This document shows positions 16,121 to 29,250 of a DNA stretch of 64,000 nt, one piece after another. Source of the DNA: an uncultured Pseudomonadota bacterium (GTDB taxonomy: Bacteria > Pseudomonadota > Alphaproteobacteria > Rhizobiales > Hyphomicrobiaceae); NCBI GenBank assembly GCA_963789775.1, contig CAWBLX010000002.1:143663-207662 (forward strand), given 5' to 3'. The notes beneath the pieces were generated by a model. The model worked only from the letters and a program-made list of their open reading frames with translations, was not told where the DNA came from and did no database searches. How positions within the stretch are numbered: position 1 is the stretch's first letter; the number at the start of each line of letters is the position of its first letter. The position numbers and the translations under genes are program-made.

Positions 16121-17941
16121 TCAGCCCGTGTTTTCGATGGCTTCGCGTTTATCCTCGAGTTCCAGCCAAAGCGTTTCTGCTGTCTCGAGCTGCTGCTGCG
16201 CTTCCTGCAGGCGCGCGCTGGCTTTGTCGAAGGCCGGTCGGTCTCGGGTGAAGAGGTCGGCGTCGGTGAGCCTTGCAGCGAGATTTTCTATTTCCGCCTC
16301 GAGCTTGGCAATTTCGCCAGGCAGCGACGTAAGGGCGTGCTTGTCCTTGAAAGACAATTTGTGCTTCGCCGTCGTGGGTGCTGACGATGCGGTCTGGGGA
16401 CCGGGTTTTGGTGCGGATGACGCCGCCGGCTTCTGGTCTTTGCGAAGCGCGTCGCCTTTGCGCTGGGCGAGCATATCGGAATACCCGCCGGCATATTCGG
16501 TCCAATGGCCATTTCCAGTCGGCGCCAATACGCTCGTGACAATGCGATCGAGAAAATCGCGGTCATGGCTGACGAGCAGAAGGGTGCCCGCGTAATCCGA
16601 CAGCAATTCCTGCAGCAGATCGAGCGTCTCGAGATCGAGATCATTGGTGGGCTCGTCGAGGACGAGAACGTTCGAGGGCTTCGCAAGCGCGCGCGCCAGC
16701 ATCAGCCGCGCTCGCTCGCCGCCGGACAGCACTCTGATCGGCGAAAGGCGCTGCTCGGGGAGGAAAAGAAAATCCTGCATATAGCTCGCGACATGGCGGG
16801 CTTTGCCGTTGATGACAACCTGGTCGCCGCGTCCGCCCGTCAGCGCGTCCGAGACGGTCCAGTTTGGATTAAGCTCGTCCCGCCTTTGGTCGAGCGCCAC
16901 GATTTCGAGATTGGCGCCATGGCGGATGGTGCCGCGATCCGGTGCGAGCTCGCCGGTCAGTATTTTGATCAGCGTCGTCTTGCCGGCGCCGTTCGGGCCG
17001 ACGATGCCGAGCCGATCGCCACGCATGACGCGGAGGCCGAGGTCGGCGATGATATCGGTCTCTCCGTAGCTCTTGTAGACGCCGGTCGCTTCCGCAACGA
17101 GCTTACCCGATAGGCTGCCCTCCGCCGCATCCAGACGAACGCTGCCGACCGTTTGCCGCTGCTCGCGGACTTCCTGGCGCATGGCGCGCAATTCGCGCAC
17201 GCGGCGCACGTTCCGCTTGCGTCGTCCGGTGACGCCGCCATGCATCCACTGGTTTTCGCGGACGATCTTGCGGTCGAGCTTGTGACGCTCGATTTCTTCT
17301 TCTTCTAGCACCTTGTCGCGCCAGTCCTCGAATGCGGCGAAGCCCTGTTCGAGGCGCCGCGTCTTGCCGCGGTCGAGCCAGACCGTGGCGCGGGACAGCG
17401 TTTCGAGAAAGCGGCGGTCATGGCTGATAAGAAGGAGGGCGGACCGGGTGCCGAACAGGGTCGACTCCAGCCATTCGATCGCGGTGAGGTCGAGATGATT
17501 CGTCGGCTCGTCGAGCAACAGCACGTCAGGCTTGGAGACGATTGCCTGCACCAGGGCGGCGCGCCGGGCTTCGCCGCCCGAAAGGCGCTGGGGATCGGCG
17601 TCTCCGGGCAGCCCAAGCTCGCTCAAGAGGTAGTCGGCTTCGTAGGGCTCGTCCGTCGGGCCGAGGCCAAATTCGACGTAGGCCCGGACCGTTTCGAAGC
17701 CGGTAAAATCGGCTTCCTGCCGCAGGTATCGGATGCTGGCGCCCGGATGCGCGAAGCGTTCGCCGCGGTCGGGCTCGACAAGGCCGGCCGCGATCTTCAG
17801 CAGCGTCGATTTGCCGGAGCCATTGCGGCCGACGAGGCAAATGCGGTCGCCGGCGGCGACGGTCAGTTCCGCCCCTTCGAGCAACGGTGTTCCGCCGAAC
17901 GTCAGGTGGATGTCTTTGAGGGTAATGAGAGGAGGTGCCAT
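16121..17941 (-). CDS. ABC-F family ATPase (Uup-like), two ABC domains plus C-terminal coiled coil
   Basis: 606 aa with two Walker A motifs (GRNGSGKST, GPNGAGKTT), two LSGGE signatures, no TM domain and a C-terminal coiled-coil tail (EIAKLEAEIENLAARL). Confidence 0.9.
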   Translation of the reverse strand: MAPPLITLKDIHLTFGGTPLLEGAELTVAAGDRICLVGRNGSGKSTLLKIAAGLVEPDRGERFAHPGASIRYLRQEADFTGFETVRAYVEFGLGPTDEPYEADYLLSELGLPGDADPQRLSGGEARRAALVQAIVSKPDVLLLDEPTNHLDLTAIEWLESTLFGTRSALLLISHDRRFLETLSRATVWLDRGKTRRLEQGFAAFEDWRDKVLEEEEIERHKLDRKIVRENQWMHGGVTGRRKRNVRRVRELRAMRQEVREQRQTVGSVRLDAAEGSLSGKLVAEATGVYKSYGETDIIADLGLRVMRGDRLGIVGPNGAGKTTLIKILTGELAPDRGTIRHGANLEIVALDQRRDELNPNWTVSDALTGGRGDQVVINGKARHVASYMQDFLFLPEQRLSPIRVLSGGERARLMLARALAKPSNVLVLDEPTNDLDLETLDLLQELLSDYAGTLLLVSHDRDFLDRIVTSVLAPTGNGHWTEYAGGYSDMLAQRKGDALRKDQKPAASSAPKPGPQTASSAPTTAKHKLSFKDKHALTSLPGEIAKLEAEIENLAARLTDADLFTRDRPAFDKASARLQEAQQQLETAETLWLELEDKREAIENTG

Positions 17942-18005
17942 GTGGTCACCTCGTAGCGTCGGACGGTGGCCGGATCAATCGCAACCTGCCCGCTGCGCGC
18001 TTTCG

Positions 18006-18221
18006 TCAGCAACAGCGGCCGATCTTGCCGCGGCCTTCGCCGTAGCGGCTCGCTTGACGTTCCCGGAAAAAGACTTCGTGGCTCATGACAGGCTCGCCGG
18101 GGTGCGTCTTGCGGCGATGCGCGACGTAGGCGTCATAATCCGGGATGCCGACCATCAGTCGCGCCGTTCTGGTAAGGCCGCTCGTGAGCTTGACGAGAAA
18201 CGCTGGTACGTCCTTGGGCAT
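18006..18221 (-). CDS. YbdD/YjiX (DUF466) family small protein
   Basis: 71 aa ([39 protein letters not shown]). It lies 3 nt downstream of cstA, the canonical pairing. Confidence 0.85.
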   Translation of the reverse strand: MPKDVPAFLVKLTSGLTRTARLMVGIPDYDAYVAHRRKTHPGEPVMSHEVFFRERQASRYGEGRGKIGRCC

Positions 18222-18224
18222 GTG

Positions 18225-20276
18225 TCACTCCGCGGGGACAGCTGCGGTTTCCTGGGCTGAGATCTTGGGATCGGCGAGCGCCTTCATGATGGCCGCCACG
18301 CCGAAGCCTGCCATGGCGACGACCAATGCACCCAATAGCGCTGTAAGCGTGGTGTTGACGTAATCGTTGAACGCGATGCGGTGCATATCCGCGATGGATT
18401 TTGCGGGGGCGAGAATTTGGTTTGCGGCGAGAGACGCTTCGAATTTCGCGGCGTGGGAAAGAAATCCAATCGCGGGATTTTCGCTGAAGATCTTTTGCCA
18501 GGCGGCGGTCAGGGTACACAGGCCGAGCCAGGCAGCCGGGGCGATCGTCACCCAAGCGTAGCGCTCGCGTTTCATCTTGAAGAGAATGACCGTGCCGAGC
18601 ACAAGGGCGATGCAAGCCAGCATCTGGTTGGATATGCCGAACAGCGGCCAGAGCGTATTGATGCCGCCGAGAGGATCGACGACGCCCTGATAGAGGAAAT
18701 AACCCCAAGCGGCGACCGCAATTGCGGTTGCTGCGATATTGGCGGTCCAGGATTTCGTTGTGCCGAAGGTGGGGACGATGGTTCCAATGAGATCCTGGAT
18801 CATGAAGCGCGCGACGCGTGTTCCGGCATCGATCGTGGTCAGGATGAAAAGCGCTTCGAACAGGATTGCGAAGTGATACCAGAACGCCATCAGAGCTTTG
18901 CCGCCAACGGCGTTCGAAAGAATTTCAGCCATGCCCACGGCGAGCGTCGGCGCGCCTCCGGTGCGCGATAGAATGGTTGCCTCGCCGACGTCGGCCGCTG
19001 CTTGCCTGAGCATGTCGGGCGTGATCGCGAAGCCCCATCCCGAGATCGCTGCCGCAGCGGAGTCGGGCGATGAACCGATGAGAGCCGCGGGGCTGTTCAA
19101 TGCGAAATAGAGACCAGGATCGAGCGTCGTGGCGGCGACGATGGCCATGACGGCGACGAAGCTCTCCATCAGCATTGCGCCATACCCGATGACGCGCGCA
19201 TTCACTTCGTTGTCGAGCATTTTCGGCGTGGTGCCCGAGGCGATGAGCGCGTGAAAGCCGGAAATCGCACCGCAGGCGATCGTAATGAACAGAAACGGGA
19301 AGAGACTTCCGGAAAAAACCGGCCCGCTACCGTCGATGAACTTCGTTACGGCAGGCATTTTGAGTTCAGGCAAAACGATGAAGATGCCGAGGGCTAAGCC
19401 GAGGATCGTGCCGATCTTCAGAAAGGTCGAAAGATAGTCGCGCGGTGCGAGCAACGCCCAAACGGGAAGAACCGAGGCGACGAAGCCGTAGCCCATCAGC
19501 ATCAGGGCGAGCTGCTCGCCGGAATAGTTGAACAGCGGCGCAAGAGCGGGATCTTCGGCAACGTGACGGCCGAAGATGAGCGAGAGCATCAGCAAGGCAA
19601 AGCCGATCAGCGACATCTCACCGATGCGGCCCGGCCGGATGTAACGGCCGTAAACGCCCATGACGACGGCGATCGGGATCGTCATCATCACGGTGAAGGT
19701 TGCCCAAGGACTTTGCGCCAAAGCTTTGACGACTACGAGCGCCAAGACGGCGAGAAGGATCACCATGATAATAAGAACGCCGATCATTGAGATCGTGCCG
19801 GCGGGCTCGCCGAGTTCACTGCGGATCATTTCGCCTAACGACCGGCCATCGCGGCGCACCGACGCCCAAAGGATAACAAGATCCTGCACGGCGCCTGCGA
19901 AAACGACGCCGACGATCAGCCAGAGCGTTCCCGGCAGGTATCCCATCTGCGCGGCCAGAACAGGACCGACGAGCGGGCCGGCGCCGGCTATCGCTGCGAA
20001 GTGATGGCCGAAGAGGATCGACTTATCGGTCGGGCAATAGTCGAGGCCGTCGTTGAAGCGCTGCGCTGGCGTCGGGCGAGTCGGATCAAGGCGCAGCACG
20101 CGATCTGCGATGAAGCGCGCGTAGAACCGGTTGGCAAGCAGGTAAGAGCAGATCGCCGCCGCGACGATCCAGATGGCGTTGATCGTCTCGCCACGCGAAA
20201 GCGCGACGATGCAGAGCGAAACGGCGCCGAGCGCGGCGACGGCCGCCCAAATGAGTTTGGTGCGCAATGTGGTCAT
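18225..20276 (-). CDS. cstA: Carbon starvation protein A (peptide/pyruvate transporter family)
   Basis: 683 aa polytopic membrane protein with CstA motifs (FGHHFAAIAGAGPLVGPVLAAQMGYLPG, ACGAISGFHALIASGTTPK). Confidence 0.95.
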   Translation of the reverse strand: MTTLRTKLIWAAVAALGAVSLCIVALSRGETINAIWIVAAAICSYLLANRFYARFIADRVLRLDPTRPTPAQRFNDGLDYCPTDKSILFGHHFAAIAGAGPLVGPVLAAQMGYLPGTLWLIVGVVFAGAVQDLVILWASVRRDGRSLGEMIRSELGEPAGTISMIGVLIIMVILLAVLALVVVKALAQSPWATFTVMMTIPIAVVMGVYGRYIRPGRIGEMSLIGFALLMLSLIFGRHVAEDPALAPLFNYSGEQLALMLMGYGFVASVLPVWALLAPRDYLSTFLKIGTILGLALGIFIVLPELKMPAVTKFIDGSGPVFSGSLFPFLFITIACGAISGFHALIASGTTPKMLDNEVNARVIGYGAMLMESFVAVMAIVAATTLDPGLYFALNSPAALIGSSPDSAAAAISGWGFAITPDMLRQAAADVGEATILSRTGGAPTLAVGMAEILSNAVGGKALMAFWYHFAILFEALFILTTIDAGTRVARFMIQDLIGTIVPTFGTTKSWTANIAATAIAVAAWGYFLYQGVVDPLGGINTLWPLFGISNQMLACIALVLGTVILFKMKRERYAWVTIAPAAWLGLCTLTAAWQKIFSENPAIGFLSHAAKFEASLAANQILAPAKSIADMHRIAFNDYVNTTLTALLGALVVAMAGFGVAAIMKALADPKISAQETAAVPAE

Positions 20277-20591
20277 CGGCTTCGTCCCCTAGCGCATGCC
20301 GTTGGGCTTCGCAAACCAGTGTGCGTTCGGACGGGACGGCACGTGGCGCGCCGGCGGCTTTGGTGGCTCACGGTTGTCCGCGTTCGCCGTGAAGTTGAAA
20401 TGCGGCAAAGTCTCGAATGGAGGGCAAGTCAACCGTATTGCCCCTTTGGAAAGCTTCTTTCGATGGCCGTTCGGGGATAAAGTGATGGCGTTTGGTAGCT
20501 CGCTAACTAAAGGTCTTGATTTCTGTGGGCTTGCGCGTCTCTCGGAGTTTAATCATCTTCAGGAATTCTGTTCGGCTGGAAACCAAGCACA

Positions 20592-22082
20592 GTGAAACGG
20601 TCTACGGTCCTAATCCTCGGCCTTTTCTTGACGTTGATTTCTCGCGAGGCGTCGGCCACGGACGTCACGTTCAATTGCGCCTACGAACTCGGAACGGAAA
20701 CCGAGGCCAAGCGCAGAAAAATTGGCACGGTCGTCGTTGCGATCGACGTCAAGGCTAAGACGGCGAAGGTCGATTTTGGCAAGGGTTGGTTCAAATCGGT
20801 CGCGCTGATGGTTGACGGGACCGACGTCAAGGAAACGGGTCCCCCAGTCAGCGGTGTCGAATTAGGATACTTTTACTTCGACTTGACGGGAAATAGTGGC
20901 GGGTTCGCGGGCGAAGGCGATCTTCGCGAATTTTTCGACGAATGTGTTCGCATAGCGAACGATCGCGTTGCCGACACGGCGGTTGCTCCTCCCGCCAGCA
21001 ATTCTGCCTCAGCTAAGGAAGCCGCCGCGCCATCGGCAGCCCCGCCCGCTTTGAGCGAGATGAAGCCTCCGTCAACGGCGGCACCGGCGACGACTGAGCA
21101 TTCCGGCAGTAACGATACGCAGGCAAACGCGGCGCCTGTCGTCGGAGCAGCGCAGCCGCCGGAACCGGGGCAGGACTCTGCCGCGCCGTTGGCATTGTCT
21201 CGTGAGCCCGCGCCGAAGCCAGCCGACACAGAGGCAAAGGCCAAACATCCCGGTGACGGGGAGGAGAAGGAGGCTGCAACATCATCCGCGGAAGCGCCGC
21301 CGACGCCGGGGCGTCCCCAGGCAGAAGCAGCCGCGTTGCCAGCGCCCCTGCCTCCGCCGAACAAGCCACCTACGCGGCTAGCGGAAAGGCGTGGGACGAC
21401 CGAATTTTTCGGCGGAAAGGCTACGCCGGAAACGCCTTCGCCGGCCCCCAAAGCGGAGCTGGCACCTATTCCTCCAAAAGAAGCGCTCGCACCGGTCGCG
21501 TCCGCGGCCGGCAGCGCTGAGGAGAGTCCGCCGCCGTCTGGGGGGCCAGGGACGACTGAATATTTCGGCAGCGGGGCGGCGTCGGAAAAGCCTGCTCCCG
21601 CCCCCGAAGTGGTCCGGGGTTCTGGTCACGAGACAGGGGTGTCGGGTTCCGAAAAAGAAGAGACGGGGCCAGAGGGGGTGTCATCCGCAACGGACGATGC
21701 CATTGAACCGTGCAGAGCCGCTCTCAGCGTCGAAGCCGCGGCCGCAAAGGTGAATTTCGCGAACTCCAGTTTCGGGATCGTTTCCGACAGCCGAAGGAAG
21801 CTCAGAAAAATAGCCGAGATCATCAAGGATTGCAGAAACGTAGGGATTGAAGTGGATGGTCATACAGACAATCTCGGCAGTTCGACGGTCAACCAGAGGC
21901 TTTCTCTGCTTCGGGCGGAAGCGGTGGTCCGTTTTCTCATAAGTGAAGGCGTCAATTCCTCGAAACTGAAGGCCGTCGGATATGGCCAGGAGCAACCGAT
22001 CGCGACGAATGAAACCGCCGAGGGGCGGCGATCGAACCGTCGCGTCGAGTTGCACGTTTCAACAAATACGCGTGCGGACTGA
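20592..22082 (+). CDS. OmpA-family (peptidoglycan-binding) protein with long Pro/Ala-rich linker
   Basis: GTG start and a signal peptide. C-terminal OmpA-like domain (VDGHTDNLGSSTVNQRLSLLRAEAV ... GRRSNRRVEL). A low-complexity P/A/E linker of about 230 aa is present. Confidence 0.85.
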   Translation: MKRSTVLILGLFLTLISREASATDVTFNCAYELGTETEAKRRKIGTVVVAIDVKAKTAKVDFGKGWFKSVALMVDGTDVKETGPPVSGVELGYFYFDLTGNSGGFAGEGDLREFFDECVRIANDRVADTAVAPPASNSASAKEAAAPSAAPPALSEMKPPSTAAPATTEHSGSNDTQANAAPVVGAAQPPEPGQDSAAPLALSREPAPKPADTEAKAKHPGDGEEKEAATSSAEAPPTPGRPQAEAAALPAPLPPPNKPPTRLAERRGTTEFFGGKATPETPSPAPKAELAPIPPKEALAPVASAAGSAEESPPPSGGPGTTEYFGSGAASEKPAPAPEVVRGSGHETGVSGSEKEETGPEGVSSATDDAIEPCRAALSVEAAAAKVNFANSSFGIVSDSRRKLRKIAEIIKDCRNVGIEVDGHTDNLGSSTVNQRLSLLRAEAVVRFLISEGVNSSKLKAVGYGQEQPIATNETAEGRRSNRRVELHVSTNTRAD

Positions 22083-22153
22083 TCTTAGAAAAATGTTTGT
22101 TCTCGGGATGCCGCGCTCGCAGGGTTAGCGTGGCGGCTGCGCGCAAATAAAAA

Positions 22154-22229
<76 letters not shown>

Positions 22230-22317
22230 AAACCTTGCAATCGGCAGGGCTGGACCCGCCGAAGTTCCGCCTGATAAGTCGTCTTTGCCAAAACTGCAAG
22301 GACGTTCGACGCCTTCA

Positions 22318-22698
22318 CTAGGGCTCTTCGTCGCCTTCGCCGGCCGGGCCGCCGATGATGTTCGAGACGTCGCCGCCCTCTTCTTCCTCTTCCTCGAGGA
22401 AGGTTTCATCGTCTTCGGTGCCGCCGGTGTCATCGGTCTCGACGTCAACGAGGGCTTCTTCGCCCTCGACTGCCGGCAATTCGCCGTCCGCCTCGTCGGC
22501 AATGACGGCTTTTTTGGCCTTCTTGGCCGCCAGTTCACGCTGCTCGGCCTGGAGCGCGGCGAGCGCTGCCGGAGATGACGCGATCACGTATTTGGTGCCG
22601 CAGAACGGGCAAATGATCGGGTCGTGGCCCAGATCATAAAAGCGCTCGTCGCAATTCTGACAGGTGCGCTTCGTCCCTCGCGCTTGCTTGGTCGCCAT
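22318..22698 (-). CDS. TIGR02300 (FYDLN_acid) family zinc-ribbon protein with acidic tail
   Basis: 126 aa with N-terminal CxxC ... CPFC around the FYDL motif (CQNCDERFYDLGHDPIICPFCG) and an Asp/Glu-rich C-terminus. Confidence 0.8.
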   Translation of the reverse strand: MATKQARGTKRTCQNCDERFYDLGHDPIICPFCGTKYVIASSPAALAALQAEQRELAAKKAKKAVIADEADGELPAVEGEEALVDVETDDTGGTEDDETFLEEEEEEGGDVSNIIGGPAGEGDEEP

Positions 22699-22890
22699 TG
22701 GTCGTGCCTCAGTTCTTGGAAATCAAGGCAGCCCGTCTGCCATAGGCAGTCCTGCCTGTCAAAACGAAAAGGTGGGCGGACGTGGGGATACGTCAAGGCC
22801 TCTTGCGTCTGAACGCTTGACGTTGGGCCGGGCGTGCCGTTGACAGAGCGTCGCGGTCCAGTGTCTATCCGGGCCCTCAACTCCGGGAAA

Positions 22891-24273
22891 ATGTCATATG
22901 CGCCCGATTTCCAACGGCTTGGAACGTCCATCTTGAAGGCCTCCTCAACATCAAAGCCGTTGTCGGCACTCAGGGCGGGCCCTCTCACGGGGCGCGTTCG
23001 TGTTCCGGGCGACAAATCCATCTCGCATCGGGCGCTCATTTTTGGGGCACTCGCAACCGGAACGACGCGGATCAGCGGGCTTCTTGAAGCCGAGGATGTC
23101 ATCAACACCGCGAAGGCGGTGGCGGCGCTCGGCGCGCTGGTCGAGAAGCGGGGCGACGTCTGGGAGGTCAAGGGACGCGGCGTCGGCGGCTTGCAGGAAC
23201 CCAAGGGACCGCTCGACTTCGGCAATTCCGGCACCGGGACGCGCCTCATGATGGGTGTCATTGCCGGCCACCCCATCACTGTGATCATGACGGGCGATGC
23301 CTCCTTGTCGCGGCGGCCGATGCGCCGGGTTTTGGGACCGCTCCTCGAAATGGGTCTCGAAATCCTAGAGCCAGGCAAGGAAACCTTGCCGCTGACGCTC
23401 AAGGGTACGAGCGAGCTGATGCCGATCGTCTATCGGCTGCCGGTTCCTTCGGCGCAGGTCAAAAGCGCGGTTCTGATCGCCGGTCTTCATGCCGCGGGGA
23501 AAACGACGGTCATCGAGCGCGAGGCGACGCGCGATCACACCGAGCGAATGCTCCGCCATTTCGGCGCGACGGTCGTTGCGGAAGCCAAGGGCGACGAGAC
23601 GCATATTACCGTCGAGGGCCATGCCGAGCTTTCGGGGAAGGATATTCTCGTTCCGGGCGACCCATCTTCGGCGGCATTTCTCGCGGCAGCAGCGTTGATC
23701 GTTCCGGGCTCCGATGTCACGATCGAAGGTGTGCTCATCAATCCGACGCGCACGGGACTTTATGTGACGCTGCAGGAAATGGGCGGCGACGTTACGTTCG
23801 AGAATGCCCGTGAAGAAGGTGGCGAGCCCGTTGCCGATATTCGCGTGCGGGCATCACGCCTCAGGGGCGTGCGAGTGCCGGCGGAGCGGGCGCCGTCGAT
23901 GATCGACGAATATCCGGTCCTGGCGGCGATCTCGGCGTTTGCGGAGGGGCAAACACGAATGGACGGTCTCGCCGAGCTCAAGGTCAAGGAAAGCGACCGG
24001 CTTCAGGCGACGGCCGACGGGCTCGCGGTCAATGGCGCAACAGTGCGGGTCGACGGCAATACATTGACGGTCGATGGCGCCCGTGGCTTGAAAGGTGCGG
24101 GGCTTGTCTCCACGCATCTCGACCACCGCATTGCAATGGCGTTCCTGACCGCGGGACTGGCCAGCAATGAGCCGATCATCGTTGACAATTCGACGATGAT
24201 TGCGACGAGCTTTCCCGAGTTTCGTCCGATCATGGAGACGCTGGGAGCCCGCTTCGATGAGGTTGGGCGATGA
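22891..24273 (+). CDS. aroA: 3-phosphoshikimate 1-carboxyvinyltransferase (EPSP synthase)
   Basis: Motifs VPGDKSISHRALIFGALA, LDFGNSGTGTRL and DHRIAMAF. The start is ambiguous: ATG at 22891 (used here) or 22834 from the ORF track. Confidence 0.9.
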   Translation: MSYAPDFQRLGTSILKASSTSKPLSALRAGPLTGRVRVPGDKSISHRALIFGALATGTTRISGLLEAEDVINTAKAVAALGALVEKRGDVWEVKGRGVGGLQEPKGPLDFGNSGTGTRLMMGVIAGHPITVIMTGDASLSRRPMRRVLGPLLEMGLEILEPGKETLPLTLKGTSELMPIVYRLPVPSAQVKSAVLIAGLHAAGKTTVIEREATRDHTERMLRHFGATVVAEAKGDETHITVEGHAELSGKDILVPGDPSSAAFLAAAALIVPGSDVTIEGVLINPTRTGLYVTLQEMGGDVTFENAREEGGEPVADIRVRASRLRGVRVPAERAPSMIDEYPVLAAISAFAEGQTRMDGLAELKVKESDRLQATADGLAVNGATVRVDGNTLTVDGARGLKGAGLVSTHLDHRIAMAFLTAGLASNEPIIVDNSTMIATSFPEFRPIMETLGARFDEVGR

Positions 24274-24905
24274 CCTTGATTATTGCGATCGACGGTCCGG
24301 CGGCCTCCGGCAAAGGTACGCTCGCTCGGCGGATCGCGGGGCATTTCGGTCTTGCTTGGCTCGATACAGGGTTGCTCTATCGCGCGGTGGCGCGGGATGT
24401 GCTCGCGAACGGCGGCAATCTCGATGACGTCATGGCGGCAGAGGCGGCGGCGCGATCGGTCGTAGCTCAATCGCTTGCCGACCCGGCTTTGCGTGGTCCG
24501 CGGGCCGGAGACGCGGCATCGATGGTCGCGAAAATTCCGGAAGTCCGCGCCGCGCTTCTCGATTATCAACGCGCCTTTGCCTTGCAAGACCGTGGAGCGG
24601 TGCTCGACGGCCGCGATATCGGGACGGTCGTTTGCCCGAGCGCCCGTGTCAAAATTTTCGTCACCGCGTCGGACGAAGCCCGGGCGCTGCGGCGCTTTCT
24701 TGAACATCAGATGCGCGGCGAAGCTGTGACGTATGACGATCTGTTGACGGATATTCGTCGCCGCGATGCGCGTGACAGCAGCCGGGCTGCGGCGCCGATG
24801 CTCGCCGCCAGCGATGCGCTGCATCTCGATACGACACAACTTGACCCAGATCAGGCCTTCGACGCGGCAATGAAATTGATCGAAACTAGGCTCGGCGGCT
24901 TTTAA
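24270..24905 (+). CDS. cmk: Cytidylate kinase
   Basis: 211 aa with P-loop IAIDGPAASGKGT. Overlaps the aroA stop by 4 nt. Confidence 0.9.
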   Translation: MTLIIAIDGPAASGKGTLARRIAGHFGLAWLDTGLLYRAVARDVLANGGNLDDVMAAEAAARSVVAQSLADPALRGPRAGDAASMVAKIPEVRAALLDYQRAFALQDRGAVLDGRDIGTVVCPSARVKIFVTASDEARALRRFLEHQMRGEAVTYDDLLTDIRRRDARDSSRAAAPMLAASDALHLDTTQLDPDQAFDAAMKLIETRLGGF

Positions 24906-25280
24906 GGTCCGCGCGTCGTTTTTTTCGCAAACCGGAATTCTGTGGTCTCGGCCCGGCCTGCCATCTCGACTTTTTGGACGACTTAGTCTTTCGAGAGGCG
25001 GTCCGTGCCGGGAACGTCGTGATCAGCACAGGCGATTGCGTTTCCCGCCATTTCGCGGTCGATGTCGAATGCTACGCAGTTCGGAAATGTCTGACGCTGG
25101 GATTTAAGAGGGTCACGAGGTCGCAAACGGGGGCCGGCATCACCAACTCAGTTCGGAGCTTGAGGCGGTGTGACGGCGTTTGTGGTAAAGATACGATAAA
25201 ATTTACCGGTGCGAGCCGGCCCAGTGGTCGCGGACTTTCTTCGACGATATCGTCGCGAATGGCAACGAGCAAAGGATGCC

Positions 25281-27959
<2,679 letters not shown>

Positions 27960-27978
27960 TAACGCACAGGTCCGATCC

Positions 27979-29241
27979 ATGCCGCTCGTTGACGTCAAGG
28001 TTCCGAATATCGGTGATTTCGAAAATGTGCCGATCATCGAGATACAGGTAAAGGCGGGGGACGAGGTGAACGCCGACGATCCGCTGGTCACGCTCGAAAG
28101 CGACAAGGCATCGATGGATGTTCCGTCGCCAGAGAAAGGCAAGATCGCCGAAATTCTGGTTTCCATCGGCGACAAGGTGAGCGAAGGCAGCGCCATCCTG
28201 CGGCTCGATACGTCGGGTGGGGGCAAGCCGGAGCCCGCTGCCAATGGCAAGAGCCGTGTGGTGTCGGAAGCGCCGGCCAAGACGCCCAGGTCGAACGAGG
28301 CGTCTCAGTCGCAGGAGACACCTGAAGACACGTCGCTACCGCCCGCAGATTTTGGGTCCGTTTATGCGAGTCCGTCCGTCCGGCGCATTGCACGGGAACT
28401 CGATGTCGATCTGACGAAAGTGAAAGGGACCGGCGACAAGGGCCGCATCACGAAGGACGACGTGAAGGCCTTTATCGCGCGGAGCGGGGGTGGCGCTTCG
28501 GGCGGCGGCATTCCGGAAATTCCGCCGCAGGATTTCGCCAAGTACGGGCCGGTCGAAACGAAGGCCATGTCGCGGCTGAAGCGTCTTACGGGGCCCAGTC
28601 TACACCGCTCGTGGCTCAATGTTCCACATGTCACCAACTCCGACGAAGCCGACATCACGGATCTCGAAGACTACAGAAAGCAACTCGACGCGACGGCGAA
28701 GCCGGATGGCTATCGCGTGACGCTCGTTTCGTTTCTGCTCAAGGCTTCGGTGTCGGCATTGAAGGAATATCCGGACGTCAACTCGTCGTTGGCGCCGGGC
28801 AAGGATGCGCTGATCTTGAAGCGCTACTACAACATCGGGGTCGCGGTCGATACGCCGGACGGGCTTGTCGTGCCGGTTATTAAAGATGTCGATCGCAAAG
28901 GGGTTCTTGAGCTCAGTCAGGAGCTGACAGCGGTTTCGGCGCGCATGCGCGAGGGCAAGATCACTCCAAACGATATTCAAGGCGCGACGTTCTCGATATC
29001 GAGTCTCGGTGGCATCGGCGGCACGAATTTCACGCCGATCGTCAACGCGCCCGAGGTCGCCATTCTCGGAGCGGTGCGCGCGCAGATGAAGCCCATCTGG
29101 GACGGCTCGGCGTTTCAACCGCGGCTGATGCTGCCGCTCTGCCTGTCTTATGATCATCGCGTGGTCGACGGCGCACTCGCGGCGCGGTTCCTCCGGAAGA
29201 TATGCGGCGCGCTTGCCGATGTCCGTCAGCTCGTTTTATAG
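27979..29241 (+). CDS. aceF: Dihydrolipoyllysine-residue acetyltransferase (PDH E2), single lipoyl domain
   Basis: Start taken at the MPLVDVKVP.. ATG at 27979. One lipoyl domain (LESDKASMDVPSP), a peripheral-subunit-binding domain (ASPSVRRIARELDVDL) and a catalytic domain (SYDHRVVDG). Confidence 0.9.
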   Translation: MPLVDVKVPNIGDFENVPIIEIQVKAGDEVNADDPLVTLESDKASMDVPSPEKGKIAEILVSIGDKVSEGSAILRLDTSGGGKPEPAANGKSRVVSEAPAKTPRSNEASQSQETPEDTSLPPADFGSVYASPSVRRIARELDVDLTKVKGTGDKGRITKDDVKAFIARSGGGASGGGIPEIPPQDFAKYGPVETKAMSRLKRLTGPSLHRSWLNVPHVTNSDEADITDLEDYRKQLDATAKPDGYRVTLVSFLLKASVSALKEYPDVNSSLAPGKDALILKRYYNIGVAVDTPDGLVVPVIKDVDRKGVLELSQELTAVSARMREGKITPNDIQGATFSISSLGGIGGTNFTPIVNAPEVAILGAVRAQMKPIWDGSAFQPRLMLPLCLSYDHRVVDGALAARFLRKICGALADVRQLVL

Positions 29242-29250
29242 GCCCAGGAC

